Below, one piece after another: positions 19,086 to 28,867 of a stretch of DNA of 64,000 bases. The DNA is from a candidate division FCPU426 bacterium (lineage in GTDB: Bacteria > Oederibacteriota > JAAXVQ01 > JAUVAV01). Numbering within the stretch: the first letter of the stretch is position 1; the number at the start of each line of letters is the position of its first letter. The stretch spans positions 64,001 to 128,000 of the forward strand of contig JBFLYH010000001.1 in NCBI GenBank assembly GCA_040756875.1. Direction: 5' to 3'. The notes beneath the pieces were generated by a model, which made no database searches, had not been told where the DNA came from, and saw nothing but the letters and a program-made list of their open reading frames with translations. A program made the position numbers and the translations under genes.

Positions 19086-19838
19086 ATGCATAGCGTTCGA
19101 TTGGGTTTGATAGGACTGGCCTGCCTGCTCCTGGCCGCGCCGCTGGCCCTGGCCGCGGAGGAAACCCTGACTGGCGGCCAGATCCTGTCCAAGGTGGATG
19201 ACGTGTTCATGGCGCCCAAGGACAAGACCGTCACCACGACCATGGTGCTCAGGGACAAACAGGGGAACGAAAAAACGCGCACCTTGCGGCTGGAAGAAAA
19301 AGGGCAGGACAAGCGTTTGACCAAGTTCCTGACCCCCAAGGATCAGAAGGGCATCGCTTTTCTCTCCCTGCCCGGCGAGCGCATGTACCTGTATTTGCCG
19401 GCCTTCAAGAAAACCCGGCGCATCGCCTCGCACGTCAAGAACCAGCGGTTCGCGGGCACGGATTTTTCCTACGAGGACATGGAGCCCAAGCGGTATTCGG
19501 AAAAATGGAACGCCCAACGGCTGCCGGACGAGGGTGACGCTTACGTGCTTGAGCTGGCGCTCAAGCCGGGGCAGACTTCGGAATACAGCCGGATCAAAAT
19601 GTGGGTCGGACAGGACAACTTTTACACCCGCCGCAGCGAGTATTACGACCAGTCCCAACAGCTGTACAAAGTCATGACCTTGAGCGACATCCGCCAGCAG
19701 GGCGGCTACTGGGAGGCCTTCGAAAAAACCATGCAGGACGTGCGCACCCAGCACGAATCGCGAATGAAGACCGACGAAATCAAATTCGACACCGGGATTC
19801 CGGACAGCCATTTTACCGAGCAATACCTGACTCAATAG
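19086..19838 (+). CDS. LolA-like outer-membrane lipoprotein-sorting protein
   Basis: Signal peptide; YLYLPAFKKTRRI...FAGTDFSYEDM. Confidence 0.88.
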   Translation: MHSVRLGLIGLACLLLAAPLALAAEETLTGGQILSKVDDVFMAPKDKTVTTTMVLRDKQGNEKTRTLRLEEKGQDKRLTKFLTPKDQKGIAFLSLPGERMYLYLPAFKKTRRIASHVKNQRFAGTDFSYEDMEPKRYSEKWNAQRLPDEGDAYVLELALKPGQTSEYSRIKMWVGQDNFYTRRSEYYDQSQQLYKVMTLSDIRQQGGYWEAFEKTMQDVRTQHESRMKTDEIKFDTGIPDSHFTEQYLTQ

Positions 19839-19845
19839 GAGGCGC

Positions 19846-21219
19846 ATGATGCGGTTGAATCGGTACGCCCTGGCCCTGTTTTGCCTGGCGTTGGGAATGG
19901 CTCAGGCTGCGCCCGGCCGGGCCCTGGACTGGAGCGGCTATCTGCAGGCCGAGAACCGGCTGGCCATGACCAGCCCCTATGCCTCGGCCTGGCATGAATA
20001 CCGCCTGGATCTGCGGGCTGAAGACAATTCCTCCGAACACACGAGGTTTTTCGGCGAACTGTGGGTCCGTTCCCTCGGGTACCCCACCGCCGGATCCGCC
20101 GCAGACCTTTCCGTGAGATCCGCGGTAGCCCCCCAGGACGTGGACTTGCGCGAGGCGTATCTGGACGTGCGCGGCCTGCTGACGGACGGATTGCGGTTGA
20201 AGCTCGGGCGCCAGCGGATCGCCTGGGGCCGGGGAGACAAGATCAATCCCACGGATAATATCAACCCGAACGACCTGGAGGACCTGTGGGATTACGGCCG
20301 TCATCTGGGTTCGGACGCGCTGGTTCTTTCCTATGCCATGGGCGAGACCACGCTCACCGCGGTTTGGGTGCCTTTTTTCACCCCGGCCGTGCTGCCCGCT
20401 GGCGCTTGGCGGCAGGCGCTCATGCCTGATCAGGCCCTGCCGGAAGCGCTGGCGCAAACACCGGTTACGGACCGGGTGCTGCTGCCTCCGGCTGATTTGT
20501 CTTCCGGGTCTTCGGCCGCGGTCAAGCTGAGCGGCAACCTGGCAGGCTACGATCTTTCCCTGAGTTATCTGTACGGCCGCGACGACCTGCCCCTGGTCAA
20601 GACCGTGCACATTGCCTCCGGCCTGACCGGCTTCACGGGCGTAACCGCGGATTTGGTCTATCCGCGGCGGCACATCATCGGCCTGGACGCGGCCGGCGCC
20701 ATCGGAGACGTGGGCTGCTGGGCCGAGGCGGCGGTCATTTTTCCGGAAGCCGTGATGCTGGCTTTTGATCCGGACCCGGCCACCCGCATGCTGATGGCTG
20801 CCTATTCGTTTTCTTTTCCCGAACAAGCCGCGCTTGAAGCCAAACCGTATGTCCGCTACTTGCTGGGCGCGGACTACACTTTCCCGGGCGGGGTTTACGT
20901 CAATGTCCAGTACCTGCACGGTTTTGTCCACGAGCGGAGCGGGGGGGCGCTGGGCAACTTTGTTTTCATGAACCTGGACTGGGACGCGGTTCCGGACGTG
21001 CTTAAGCTCACGCCCGTGGGCGGAGGCCTGGAGATCCGGGACGTGGAGAGGTTTTGGGACCACTACAGCTTCGTCGCCATGCCGCAGGCGGAGTACAAAC
21101 CCTTCGACAATGTGAGCCTGCTCCTGGGCGCACGCTGGATCTGGGGCGCACCGGGGACCATCTTCGGCCAGGCCGCGGACCTGGATGAAGTGTTTTTAAA
21201 GGCCAAATACAGTTTCTGA
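19846..21219 (+). CDS. Outer-membrane beta-barrel (DUF1302-like)
   Basis: Signal peptide; LREAYLD, GRQRIAWG, PTDNINP; C-terminal KYSF. Confidence 0.75.
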   Translation: MMRLNRYALALFCLALGMAQAAPGRALDWSGYLQAENRLAMTSPYASAWHEYRLDLRAEDNSSEHTRFFGELWVRSLGYPTAGSAADLSVRSAVAPQDVDLREAYLDVRGLLTDGLRLKLGRQRIAWGRGDKINPTDNINPNDLEDLWDYGRHLGSDALVLSYAMGETTLTAVWVPFFTPAVLPAGAWRQALMPDQALPEALAQTPVTDRVLLPPADLSSGSSAAVKLSGNLAGYDLSLSYLYGRDDLPLVKTVHIASGLTGFTGVTADLVYPRRHIIGLDAAGAIGDVGCWAEAAVIFPEAVMLAFDPDPATRMLMAAYSFSFPEQAALEAKPYVRYLLGADYTFPGGVYVNVQYLHGFVHERSGGALGNFVFMNLDWDAVPDVLKLTPVGGGLEIRDVERFWDHYSFVAMPQAEYKPFDNVSLLLGARWIWGAPGTIFGQAADLDEVFLKAKYSF

Positions 21220-21299
21220 GCACTCCGGTTCTTTTCGCGCACCGAACCATCCTGTCCGGCGTTATAATATCCCGACGTATTTCCCGCCCGTGGGGCGGC

Positions 21300-21953
21300 A
21301 TGGAAAAAAGAGGGAGGGATCTTTTCGTGACCCGCTTGCCGGTGTTCCTCGTTTTTGTTTTGGCTCTAAGCGTCGCCGGATTCGCGGCCCAACAGGAAAA
21401 ATTCGGCGGCCTGGGTCTTGCCGTGGCCCAACTCTATACGCCGGAGACTCCGGATCATCAGGGCCCGATCGTGGTCCTGAATGTATTGCCCGGTACGCCG
21501 GCCAAAGCCGCCGGCATCGAACCGGGCGACGTCATCACCCACGTGGACGGCGATCCGGTCGAAGGCAAGGAGTTCCGCACCATTGTATTGAACATGTTGC
21601 GCGGGGAAGTGGGCAGCTCAGCCCGACTGACCGTGAAGCGGGGCAGCGAAGGGGAGAAAGGCCAAGGCAGGTCCGTGGAGGTGAAGCGCGTGGAGATCAA
21701 AGGGTCAACCGGCGCCGCGCCGGGCGGCAGCATGCATCATTACCAGATCAACGGCAAACCGGTGTCGTACAAGGAATATCAGGAGTTCCTGCAGACCCTG
21801 ACCGGCCAGGAACACTGGAGCTGCGCCGAAACCAATGACGGCGGCATCACCAGCTGGGAAGCCAAGGATGCCAAAGGCCGGCGCTACGAAGTCCGCGCGG
21901 TCTCCGGCGGGGACAATACCAGCACGATCACGCTGCTGGACCTAGGCGAGTAG
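21300..21953 (+). CDS. Exported PDZ-domain protein
   Basis: FGGLGL...VLPGTPAKAAGIEPGDVITHVDG; no protease domain follows. Confidence 0.8.
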   Translation: MEKRGRDLFVTRLPVFLVFVLALSVAGFAAQQEKFGGLGLAVAQLYTPETPDHQGPIVVLNVLPGTPAKAAGIEPGDVITHVDGDPVEGKEFRTIVLNMLRGEVGSSARLTVKRGSEGEKGQGRSVEVKRVEIKGSTGAAPGGSMHHYQINGKPVSYKEYQEFLQTLTGQEHWSCAETNDGGITSWEAKDAKGRRYEVRAVSGGDNTSTITLLDLGE

Positions 21954-21970
21954 GGGAGCGCCGCGCGCTC

Positions 21971-22876
21971 CTATTTCACCACGCTGACCTTGAGCGTGGC
22001 CTGCAGGTTGCCCTCGAACAAGACCCGGGCGAAGTAAAGGCCGGGCGCCGCATCCGCACAATCCCACCTCAACAGCAGGCCGCGTCCGGCTGGAAGCGAT
22101 TCTTCCAGGCGCGCCACCCGTTCCCCTGAAGCATTGTAGATCGCGATGGTTACGCGCGCCGGCCGTTCCAGGTGCAGCGCAAAGCGCATTTCGCGGGCCG
22201 CGGGGTTGGGATAGGCTAAAACGATTCTGCCGCCCAGGTCCAGGTCCTGCAGCGGATTCGCGGTTGTGGCGGTCGGGGTGGCCGTGTCCGCGGGCGTGGG
22301 CGAGCGGGTCGGCGTGGGGCTGGCGGTGAAGGTGGGGGAGACGGTGGCCGAGGCGGTGGCCGTACCAGTGACCGTGCCTGTGGGCGAATGGGTGGCTGTC
22401 AGCGTGGCCGTGGCGGTCGCGGTGGCCGTGGGCGTGGACGTGGCAGTCAGGGTGATGGTGGCGGTCACGGTCTGCGTGTCCGCCGGCGTGCCCGTGGACG
22501 TGGGAGAGGCCGAGAGGGTGGGCGTCGCGGTCAAGGTGGGCGAGGCGGTGAAGGTTTCGCTTTCAGTCGGCGTCGGGGAAAGCGTCGGCGTGATGGACGG
22601 CGTCGGGGTCGGCGTTGACGTGGGATTGAGCAGGGCGGCGTGCAGGAAGCCCGCATACACGATATAGTTGGCCGAAGCGGCCGTGTCGATTCCGACCTGG
22701 CCGATGGCGGAGAGCGCGGTATAATTCGCCGAATTCGCGGTGTTGCCCCCGGAATCCTGGACATCGTCCACGCCGATATAATTGCCCGAGGCAAAGCCGC
22801 TGTGCGCCCAGGCTGCCGACAGGCCGAGAGGCGCAGCCAGCAGCAAACCGATCGCCGTTTTCAGGATGCGGTTCAT
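21971..22876 (-). CDS. Secreted protein with Thr-Pro linker and T9SS type-A-like CTD
   Basis: Signal peptide from MNRILK; long TPT repeats; AYPNP...IYNASGE...APGLYFARV...KVSVVK. Confidence 0.8.
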   Translation of the reverse strand: MNRILKTAIGLLLAAPLGLSAAWAHSGFASGNYIGVDDVQDSGGNTANSANYTALSAIGQVGIDTAASANYIVYAGFLHAALLNPTSTPTPTPSITPTLSPTPTESETFTASPTLTATPTLSASPTSTGTPADTQTVTATITLTATSTPTATATATATLTATHSPTGTVTGTATASATVSPTFTASPTPTRSPTPADTATPTATTANPLQDLDLGGRIVLAYPNPAAREMRFALHLERPARVTIAIYNASGERVARLEESLPAGRGLLLRWDCADAAPGLYFARVLFEGNLQATLKVSVVK

Positions 22877-22898
22877 GGCCAGTCCCCGGGTCATCGAA

Positions 22899-24152
22899 CT
22901 AAAAAGCCGCCATTTGGGCGCCCGAACTGTCCTGATTGCAGATTCCGTCGGGTGTAAACGGGTTGACCGGCAACGCGCCGGTGGCCAAATTGATGATATC
23001 CCTGCTGGCCGCGCCGCCGTAGAACGCGTTGTAACTGATCCGGCCCGTGCCGCCATTGGTCAGCCCAACGGCGTAGGAACCGGTCGGAGTTCCGGTGGTG
23101 ATGTACAGGATGGTGTTTTCCAGAATGCACAATTGCGCAGCCGCGTTGCTGTTGTCGGTGATGCCCGCGCAGCCCGAATTCGAGGCGTTGGTCATGTCGA
23201 TGACGCAATTTTCCACCCGCACATCCGTGGACTGCTGCACCAGCACCGCCCAGCCCGGCGTGAAGCCGATGCACAGGAGGGAGGAGTCCACCACTTCGCA
23301 GTGCTGGGCGCCGGTCAGCCGCAAAGCCAGGGTGCAACTGCTGGCCTCGAGCTTGCACTCCCGGAGCGTGCAGTAAGCCCCGCTTTGCACGTCCACCGCC
23401 GGGTTGGCGCTGTCGCACTGGATCAGCAAGGATTCCAGGGCCGTGCCCTGTTTGGGCGAACCGGATGAACTCATCTCGATGGAATTGACGGCCAGCTTCG
23501 TGGCGTTCCAGCCTTGGCCGCGTATGGTCACCCAGGACGGCAAGGTCACTCGGCCGTTGAAGGAGGGATAATTCGTGCCGGGTTCGGTGTATTGCCCGGC
23601 TTGCACCTCGATCACCCAGGGCGTGGTGACGGAAGGGGCGGGCGATAGCGCGCCCTGGCTGGAAAAGGCGCCCGCGCCCATGAGCAAGTCGATGGCTCCG
23701 CTCACCGTGCAGGTGTCCCCGCCGTCCGCGGCCACGGTCAACACCTGTTGATACACCACTTTCCTGGAGGCCATGGCGTACGCCGCGTTGCTCAACAAGT
23801 GCCGGGGCGACATCTCGGCCGCCTCGCCCTGCACGCGCAGGGTCAGGTAATACGCCCGGCGGAAGGGCAGGCCGATTTTATTGGAAGTGCCGAGCACCAC
23901 ATTGAAGATGCCGTTGGTCACGGTGACATTGGATTGCAATTCGCTCCACAGCGCCATGCCGCCGCTGGCCGTATCATATATATAGAAGGTGATATTGCGG
24001 GTCCCGTTGATCGGCACCCCGCTGCTGTTGGTCAAATACCCCTGGTAATTCATCCTCTCGGGGATTTGCGTCAGGGCCGATGCGGAGTGAGCCAGCAGGG
24101 CGGCCAGGAAAACCGCCAGGGACGCGACACGCGGATAACGGGTTGCTTTCAT
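22899..24152 (-). CDS. Secreted adhesin-like protein: NYQG N-terminal domain plus right-handed beta-helix
   Basis: QIPERMNYQGYLTNSSGVP...NGIFNVVLG; pectin-lyase-like start (VIEVQAGQYTE) and repeats. Confidence 0.7.
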   Translation of the reverse strand: MKATRYPRVASLAVFLAALLAHSASALTQIPERMNYQGYLTNSSGVPINGTRNITFYIYDTASGGMALWSELQSNVTVTNGIFNVVLGTSNKIGLPFRRAYYLTLRVQGEAAEMSPRHLLSNAAYAMASRKVVYQQVLTVAADGGDTCTVSGAIDLLMGAGAFSSQGALSPAPSVTTPWVIEVQAGQYTEPGTNYPSFNGRVTLPSWVTIRGQGWNATKLAVNSIEMSSSGSPKQGTALESLLIQCDSANPAVDVQSGAYCTLRECKLEASSCTLALRLTGAQHCEVVDSSLLCIGFTPGWAVLVQQSTDVRVENCVIDMTNASNSGCAGITDNSNAAAQLCILENTILYITTGTPTGSYAVGLTNGGTGRISYNAFYGGAASRDIINLATGALPVNPFTPDGICNQDSSGAQMAAF

Positions 24153-24301
24153 TTCCCCTCCTTGATCCGAAACGAAGTGCCTGCCACCGCCTCATTATAG
24201 TCCCCCAAGCCGGAGATACAAGCCCAATCCACCCGGCGGGAAGGCGAAATCATGAAAATATCGAATTGACGGAAAACCGAAATAGGCTATGATTCAACAT
24301 T

Positions 24302-25567
24302 ATGCAGAAACCGGACATGAAACTTCTGGCGAGGAAGCGCTTCCTGCACGTCATCCTGCCGCTGTTCATCGGTTCGGTCATCGCCTATCTGGACCGGGTG
24401 AACATCGCCTACGCGGCGCTGACCATGAACCAGGCCCTGGGATTTTCAGCCGCGGTGTTCGGCATGGGGGCCGGCATTTTCTTCGCGGGGTACGTGCTGT
24501 TCGAAATTCCCGGCGCGCTGATCGCGGAACGCTGGAGCCCGCGGGTGTGGCTGGGGCGCATTCTGGTCACCTGGGGGATCGTCTCGGCCCTCATGGCCTT
24601 TATCCGCACGGACTGGCAGTTCTATCTGGTGCGGTTTCTCCTGGGCGCGGCCGAGGCGAGCTTCTATCCCGTGGCTTATGCCAGCGTGATCCCGCGCTGG
24701 TACACGCCCGAGGAACGGCCGGCGGCCATCGCCCTGATGCTGACCTCGCTCCAGATTTCGGCCATCATCGGCTCGCCGCTGGCAGGCTGGCTGCTCGGCC
24801 TGAATGTCATGGGACTCCAAGGGTGGCAGATCCTTTTCCTGACCGAGGCGGTGCCGGCCTGCCTGTTCGGGATCATTCTGTGGTTCTGGATCACCGACTG
24901 GCCGCAGCAAGCCCGCTGGCTGTCCGAACCCGAGCGGCAATACCTGGCGGACTCCTTCGCCCGGGAAACCGCGGCGAAAAACCAGGCGCGGCATTATACG
25001 GTCTGGGAGGCCCTGAGCAACGGCGAAGTGCTCAAATTGTGCGGGATCTATTTCCTGTGGATCACCGGGTTCTGGGGCTACAATTACTGGCTGCCCACAG
25101 TGCTGAAGGAAGCCTCGGGCTGGTCCGCCCTCGCCATTGGCTGGATCATCGTCATTCCCATGAGCCTGGCGCTTTTGGGCATGCTTTTCGTGGGCTACTC
25201 TTCCTCGCGCACGGGCGAGAAGCGCTGGCACGGCGCCTTGCCCATGTTCCTGGCCGCCCTGGCGTTTTTGGCGGGCACCTGGCTGCAGGTTCCATGGCTG
25301 GGTTTTGTCGCGGTGTGCCTGGCCGGCGTCGGCGTGTACAGCGCCTTTGGAGTGTGGTGGTCCTATCCCACGACTTTCCTGACCGGCGCCGCGGCTGCGG
25401 GCGCCGTGGGACTGATCAATTCCAGCGGCAACGTGGGCGGCTACGTGGGTCCCTATCTGACCGGCCTGGTCAAAACCCTGACCGGCTCCTTTCAATGGGC
25501 GTATGTGTTCCTGGCCGTGTCCCTGGCCCTGGCCGGGCTGCTCATGCTCACCTTGAAAAAACGCTGA
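24302..25567 (+). CDS. MFS transporter (ACS family)
   Basis: AYLDRVNI, GIFFAGYVLFEIP, RFLLGAAEA, INSSGNVGG. Confidence 0.92.
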   Translation: MQKPDMKLLARKRFLHVILPLFIGSVIAYLDRVNIAYAALTMNQALGFSAAVFGMGAGIFFAGYVLFEIPGALIAERWSPRVWLGRILVTWGIVSALMAFIRTDWQFYLVRFLLGAAEASFYPVAYASVIPRWYTPEERPAAIALMLTSLQISAIIGSPLAGWLLGLNVMGLQGWQILFLTEAVPACLFGIILWFWITDWPQQARWLSEPERQYLADSFARETAAKNQARHYTVWEALSNGEVLKLCGIYFLWITGFWGYNYWLPTVLKEASGWSALAIGWIIVIPMSLALLGMLFVGYSSSRTGEKRWHGALPMFLAALAFLAGTWLQVPWLGFVAVCLAGVGVYSAFGVWWSYPTTFLTGAAAAGAVGLINSSGNVGGYVGPYLTGLVKTLTGSFQWAYVFLAVSLALAGLLMLTLKKR

Positions 25568-25577
25568 CCCCGCACCC

Positions 25578-26474
25578 TTAAAAATACCATCGCCCTGCGA
25601 CCGAAAAGAGGTCGTTTTCGCCGGCGCTTGAAAAATACCGCTTCCAATCCAGGCGGAGTTTGAGCGGCGAAAAGAGCCGCGCGGAAAGGCCCAGGCCAAA
25701 ATCACCCACCCGCTCGTCGGGATAAACCTGTTTTTGCTCGCCGTAGCCGGCTTCCAGGCTGAGCGCAAGCGGAAGCGGAAGCGAGAGCGTCACGCCGGCC
25801 TGCCAGTTGTTCCACAGCAAGCCGGACATCAGGGAGGACAGGGCCGAAACGCCTGCGTCCGTTAGGCCGGGATCAGCGGCCAAAGCGGTCTGGACCGGGT
25901 CGTCGGAATAGAAATAACAGGTGCCCGAGAGGCCGGCGCTCAGCCACTCCGGTATCAGCGCATAGTCGACAAACAGCGTGGGCGCCGCCTGGGTCAGCCG
26001 CACGGATTGCGCGGAGGTCGCGGTGCCGCCGGTTTCCGAAGCCGTTGCTTCCAGTTCGGCCCGGTAAAACATCAGCGAGCCGTCGAATCCCAGGGTGAGG
26101 ATTTCTCCGGGGTCCGGGGACGGCCCCAGCCAGGTGTAAAACAGGCTGATTCCCGGCCCCAGGGAGGCGGTGCGGTCGCTGTCCTGGGAATAGGTGAAAC
26201 TTCCGCTGACCAGTAAGGTTTCGGCCGCAAAATGGGCGAGCTCCAGGTACCAAATATCGTACCAGCCGGCTGTTTCGGGCTGGAGAAACTGTGATTTACT
26301 GTACGACAGATAGCCGTTCCAGTTGCCCTCCCGATCCAGGTCGGCGCTGGCGCTGGCTTTGTATCCCCGGTAGTCCTGGCCCCAGGTGAATTTGGTCTCG
26401 GCGGAGTTGCCGGCCATGGCCCGGGAGGCCAAGGCCATGAGCAGCATGAGCAAAGAAAGGGTTCTGGCAGGCAA
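25578..26474 (-). CDS. Probable outer-membrane beta-barrel protein
   Basis: TTG start at 26474 behind a GGAGG RBS; signal peptide; amphipathic strands; C-terminal RWYF. Confidence 0.6.
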   Translation of the reverse strand: MPARTLSLLMLLMALASRAMAGNSAETKFTWGQDYRGYKASASADLDREGNWNGYLSYSKSQFLQPETAGWYDIWYLELAHFAAETLLVSGSFTYSQDSDRTASLGPGISLFYTWLGPSPDPGEILTLGFDGSLMFYRAELEATASETGGTATSAQSVRLTQAAPTLFVDYALIPEWLSAGLSGTCYFYSDDPVQTALAADPGLTDAGVSALSSLMSGLLWNNWQAGVTLSLPLPLALSLEAGYGEQKQVYPDERVGDFGLGLSARLFSPLKLRLDWKRYFSSAGENDLFSVAGRWYF

Positions 26475-26494
26475 AGCGTTGTCCCTCCGGTGTC

Positions 26495-26532
26495 GGAGGG
26501 AGCGGAGGGAATGCCCGGCCTCCGCTCCCTCC
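26495..26532. repeat. Perfect 14 bp inverted repeat between two co-transcribed genes
   Basis: GGAGGGAGCGGAGG (26495-26508) / CCTCCGCTCCCTCC (26519-26532). Confidence 0.85.
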
Positions 26533-26540
26533 AAGTGGGT

Positions 26541-27071
26541 CTATTTTCTGCCTTTGGAGTTTTCCCCGGCTCCATCGCCGCCGGTTTTCTGCTGGATTTT
26601 TTCCTGGAGCTGCGTGCTGATTCTTTCGCGGGTCCTTTCGCGGGTCATGGTCTTGGCGCCGTCCTTTTGCTCCTGCGTTTGTTCCTTGAGGGCGGTCTTT
26701 TCCCTTATCCGGTCCCGGGTTTGGAGTTGGTTTTGGGTGCCGGACGAATCATCCTCGCCCTCGCCGTCATCCTGGCCGTCCTGGATGCGGGCGCGTTCGC
26801 GGACCTGGTTCTGGACTTGGGCAGCGTCCCCGGTTTCGTTCTGTTCCTGATTTTTCAATTGGGTGCGGGTTTGTTCCTGGGTGCGGGTGCGCACCTGATT
26901 TTGGGTTTGGCCTTGGGCTTGGGTGCGTTCCTGGATTTGATCCTGGGTCTGGTTCTTCATTTTGACCTGCGCGCCCGGGTCCTCGGTTTCCAGGGCCAAA
27001 GCGGGCATGGCCAGCGCCAAACCCAGAGCGCAGCCGAGCGCCATCACCATGGTTGAAATCTTCGTCTGCAT
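26541..27071 (-). CDS. Secreted low-complexity Gln/Thr/Arg-rich protein
   Basis: Signal peptide from MQTKIS; QTQNQVRTRTQEQTRTQ-type repeats. Confidence 0.75.
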   Translation of the reverse strand: MQTKISTMVMALGCALGLALAMPALALETEDPGAQVKMKNQTQDQIQERTQAQGQTQNQVRTRTQEQTRTQLKNQEQNETGDAAQVQNQVRERARIQDGQDDGEGEDDSSGTQNQLQTRDRIREKTALKEQTQEQKDGAKTMTRERTRERISTQLQEKIQQKTGGDGAGENSKGRK

Positions 27072-27367
27072 GATATCACCTCGCAAATGAGAATTGGCAA
27101 AGATGAACTGAAACGTGCGAAAACCGCGACCCCTCCTTTCCTGAGAAATTACCACATTCGCTCCTGCGGACTCGATAGAAATAACACCGCTGGCAGCTGC
27201 AGGTTGCAGAAAAAATGGCGGTAATGGTTCTTGATTAACGCCTGCATTGGGCCATGACCGCTCTCTCCGCATGTCCTGGGAAGGGTTCTTTCTTCAAAAT
27301 TGCCTGCATTTATTAGATCCTCACATTTCCGGGGCATGTATAATAGGAACACCCTTGGGGTCTCATC

Positions 27368-27784
27368 ATGACCAAGAACCGTACCCGAGCCAAACGTAAA
27401 AATGGTGAACCTCCCCCGGCCGTGGCCAAACAGGGCTGGCGGTTCCACCACCTGGGCATACCTTATCGCCGGCCCCGGCCGGGAGAACGGCACATCCCGC
27501 ATCTGAAAATTTTCGTTTCCGGATTTGAAACGAGCCCTTTTGGCGTCGAATGGATTCGGTTTGAGACCAGGTGCCCGCTGCCTGCGCTGATCCGCAAAGT
27601 GCCGCATCTGGCCTTTGTCGTGGATGACCTGAAAAAAGCGTTGCAGGGGAAGCGCGTCGTGGTCCCGCCGAACTCGCCTTCCGACGGGCTCCGGGTGGCC
27701 ATGATCGTGCATGACGGTGCGCCCGTCGAACTGATGGAATTCACCAAGGCGCCCTCGCGGCGCAGACCCAAACGGAAACTCTGA
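27368..27784 (+). CDS. VOC/glyoxalase-fold protein
   Basis: FHHLGIP, VPHLAFVVDDL, GAPVELME. Confidence 0.7.
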   Translation: MTKNRTRAKRKNGEPPPAVAKQGWRFHHLGIPYRRPRPGERHIPHLKIFVSGFETSPFGVEWIRFETRCPLPALIRKVPHLAFVVDDLKKALQGKRVVVPPNSPSDGLRVAMIVHDGAPVELMEFTKAPSRRRPKRKL

Positions 27785-27799
27785 TTTCGGGGGACGACT

Positions 27800-28330
27800 A
27801 TGAAAAAGGAAGAACAGTGTTTTGACCGTTATCCGGCCGGGATCGTCGCCGTTTCGGCGGCGCAAGCGCTTCTGATTTACCTGGCCGGCGCAGGGATCAT
27901 GGCCCGCGCCGGGCTGGCGGCGGCAGGAATATATATTGCTTTTTGCCTGTGGTGCGAATACCGGGTTTTAAGCGGGAGTTGTGTCCACTGCGCGTATTAC
28001 GGCAAACCCTGCGCCTTTGGGCGGGGCCTGCTTAGCTCGTGGCTATTCAAACAGGGCGATCCGGCCCGATTCAATGCGCGCCAGATCACCTGGGCAGCCA
28101 TGGTTCCGGATCTGCTGATTTCGCTGGCTCCATTGGCCGTGGGGGTCTTTTTTCTGGTTACGGCCTTTTCCTGGCTCCTGCTGGGTTTGGTGGCCGCGCT
28201 CGTCATTCTGGCTTTTCCGGTCACGGGCCTGATCCGCAGCCAATGGGCCTGCGCCCACTGTAAACAGCGACTGCTCGGTTGCCCGGCGGAAAAACTGTTC
28301 GCCGGGCCGGCCAAGCCGGATGCCTGCTAA
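27800..28330 (+). CDS. Membrane protein with two Cys clusters
   Basis: CVHCAYYGKPC and CAHCKQRLLGCP flanking TM helices. Confidence 0.7.
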   Translation: MKKEEQCFDRYPAGIVAVSAAQALLIYLAGAGIMARAGLAAAGIYIAFCLWCEYRVLSGSCVHCAYYGKPCAFGRGLLSSWLFKQGDPARFNARQITWAAMVPDLLISLAPLAVGVFFLVTAFSWLLLGLVAALVILAFPVTGLIRSQWACAHCKQRLLGCPAEKLFAGPAKPDAC

Positions 28331-28333
28331 AGC

Positions 28334-28867
28334 GTGAGCATGCCCATAAGCCTGGTTGACATTCAGCCCCCAGACGAAACCCTGCTGGTGGAAATGCTGT
28401 TTCTCGCCCTGCACGTTCCGCCGGGATATCCGCCTTTCAGCCGGGAAATCCTCCGCGAACCGGAGATCGCCCGCTATGCCGCGAAGTGGGGCAGGCCGGG
28501 TGACGAAGGGGTGTTCGCGCGGGAAGGGGATAAAACGCTCGGTGCGGCCTGGATGCGGCTGTGGCCGGAGCCTGCCCAAGCCGGTTACGGATTCATCGCG
28601 CCGGACATTCCCGAACTGAGCATGGCCGTTTTGCCCGAACGCCGCCATCAGGGCATCGGCACTGCCTTGCTCGGCGAAATGATCGCCCGGGCCGGGCTGC
28701 GCCACCCGGCCCTGAGCCTGAGTGTCTCGTCAACCAACCCGGCCGTGCATTTATACCAGCGCTTTGGATTTCAGATTACCGCGAAGACCCCCGACCCGCA
28801 CGGTTTTTCCTACACGATGATCAAAAGGTTTCGTCAGGCGGTTGAGGGAGATGCGAGGGGAAGATAA
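28334..28867 (+). CDS. GNAT N-acetyltransferase
   Basis: AVLPERRHQGIGTALL; NPAVHLYQRFGF. Confidence 0.9.
   Translation: MSMPISLVDIQPPDETLLVEMLFLALHVPPGYPPFSREILREPEIARYAAKWGRPGDEGVFAREGDKTLGAAWMRLWPEPAQAGYGFIAPDIPELSMAVLPERRHQGIGTALLGEMIARAGLRHPALSLSVSSTNPAVHLYQRFGFQITAKTPDPHGFSYTMIKRFRQAVEGDARGR

Noticed and set aside
22260-22625. Tandem DNA repeat or VNTR in Thr-Pro regions
   Set aside because: Repeats are at protein level with varied codons; they are linkers rather than a DNA repeat array.
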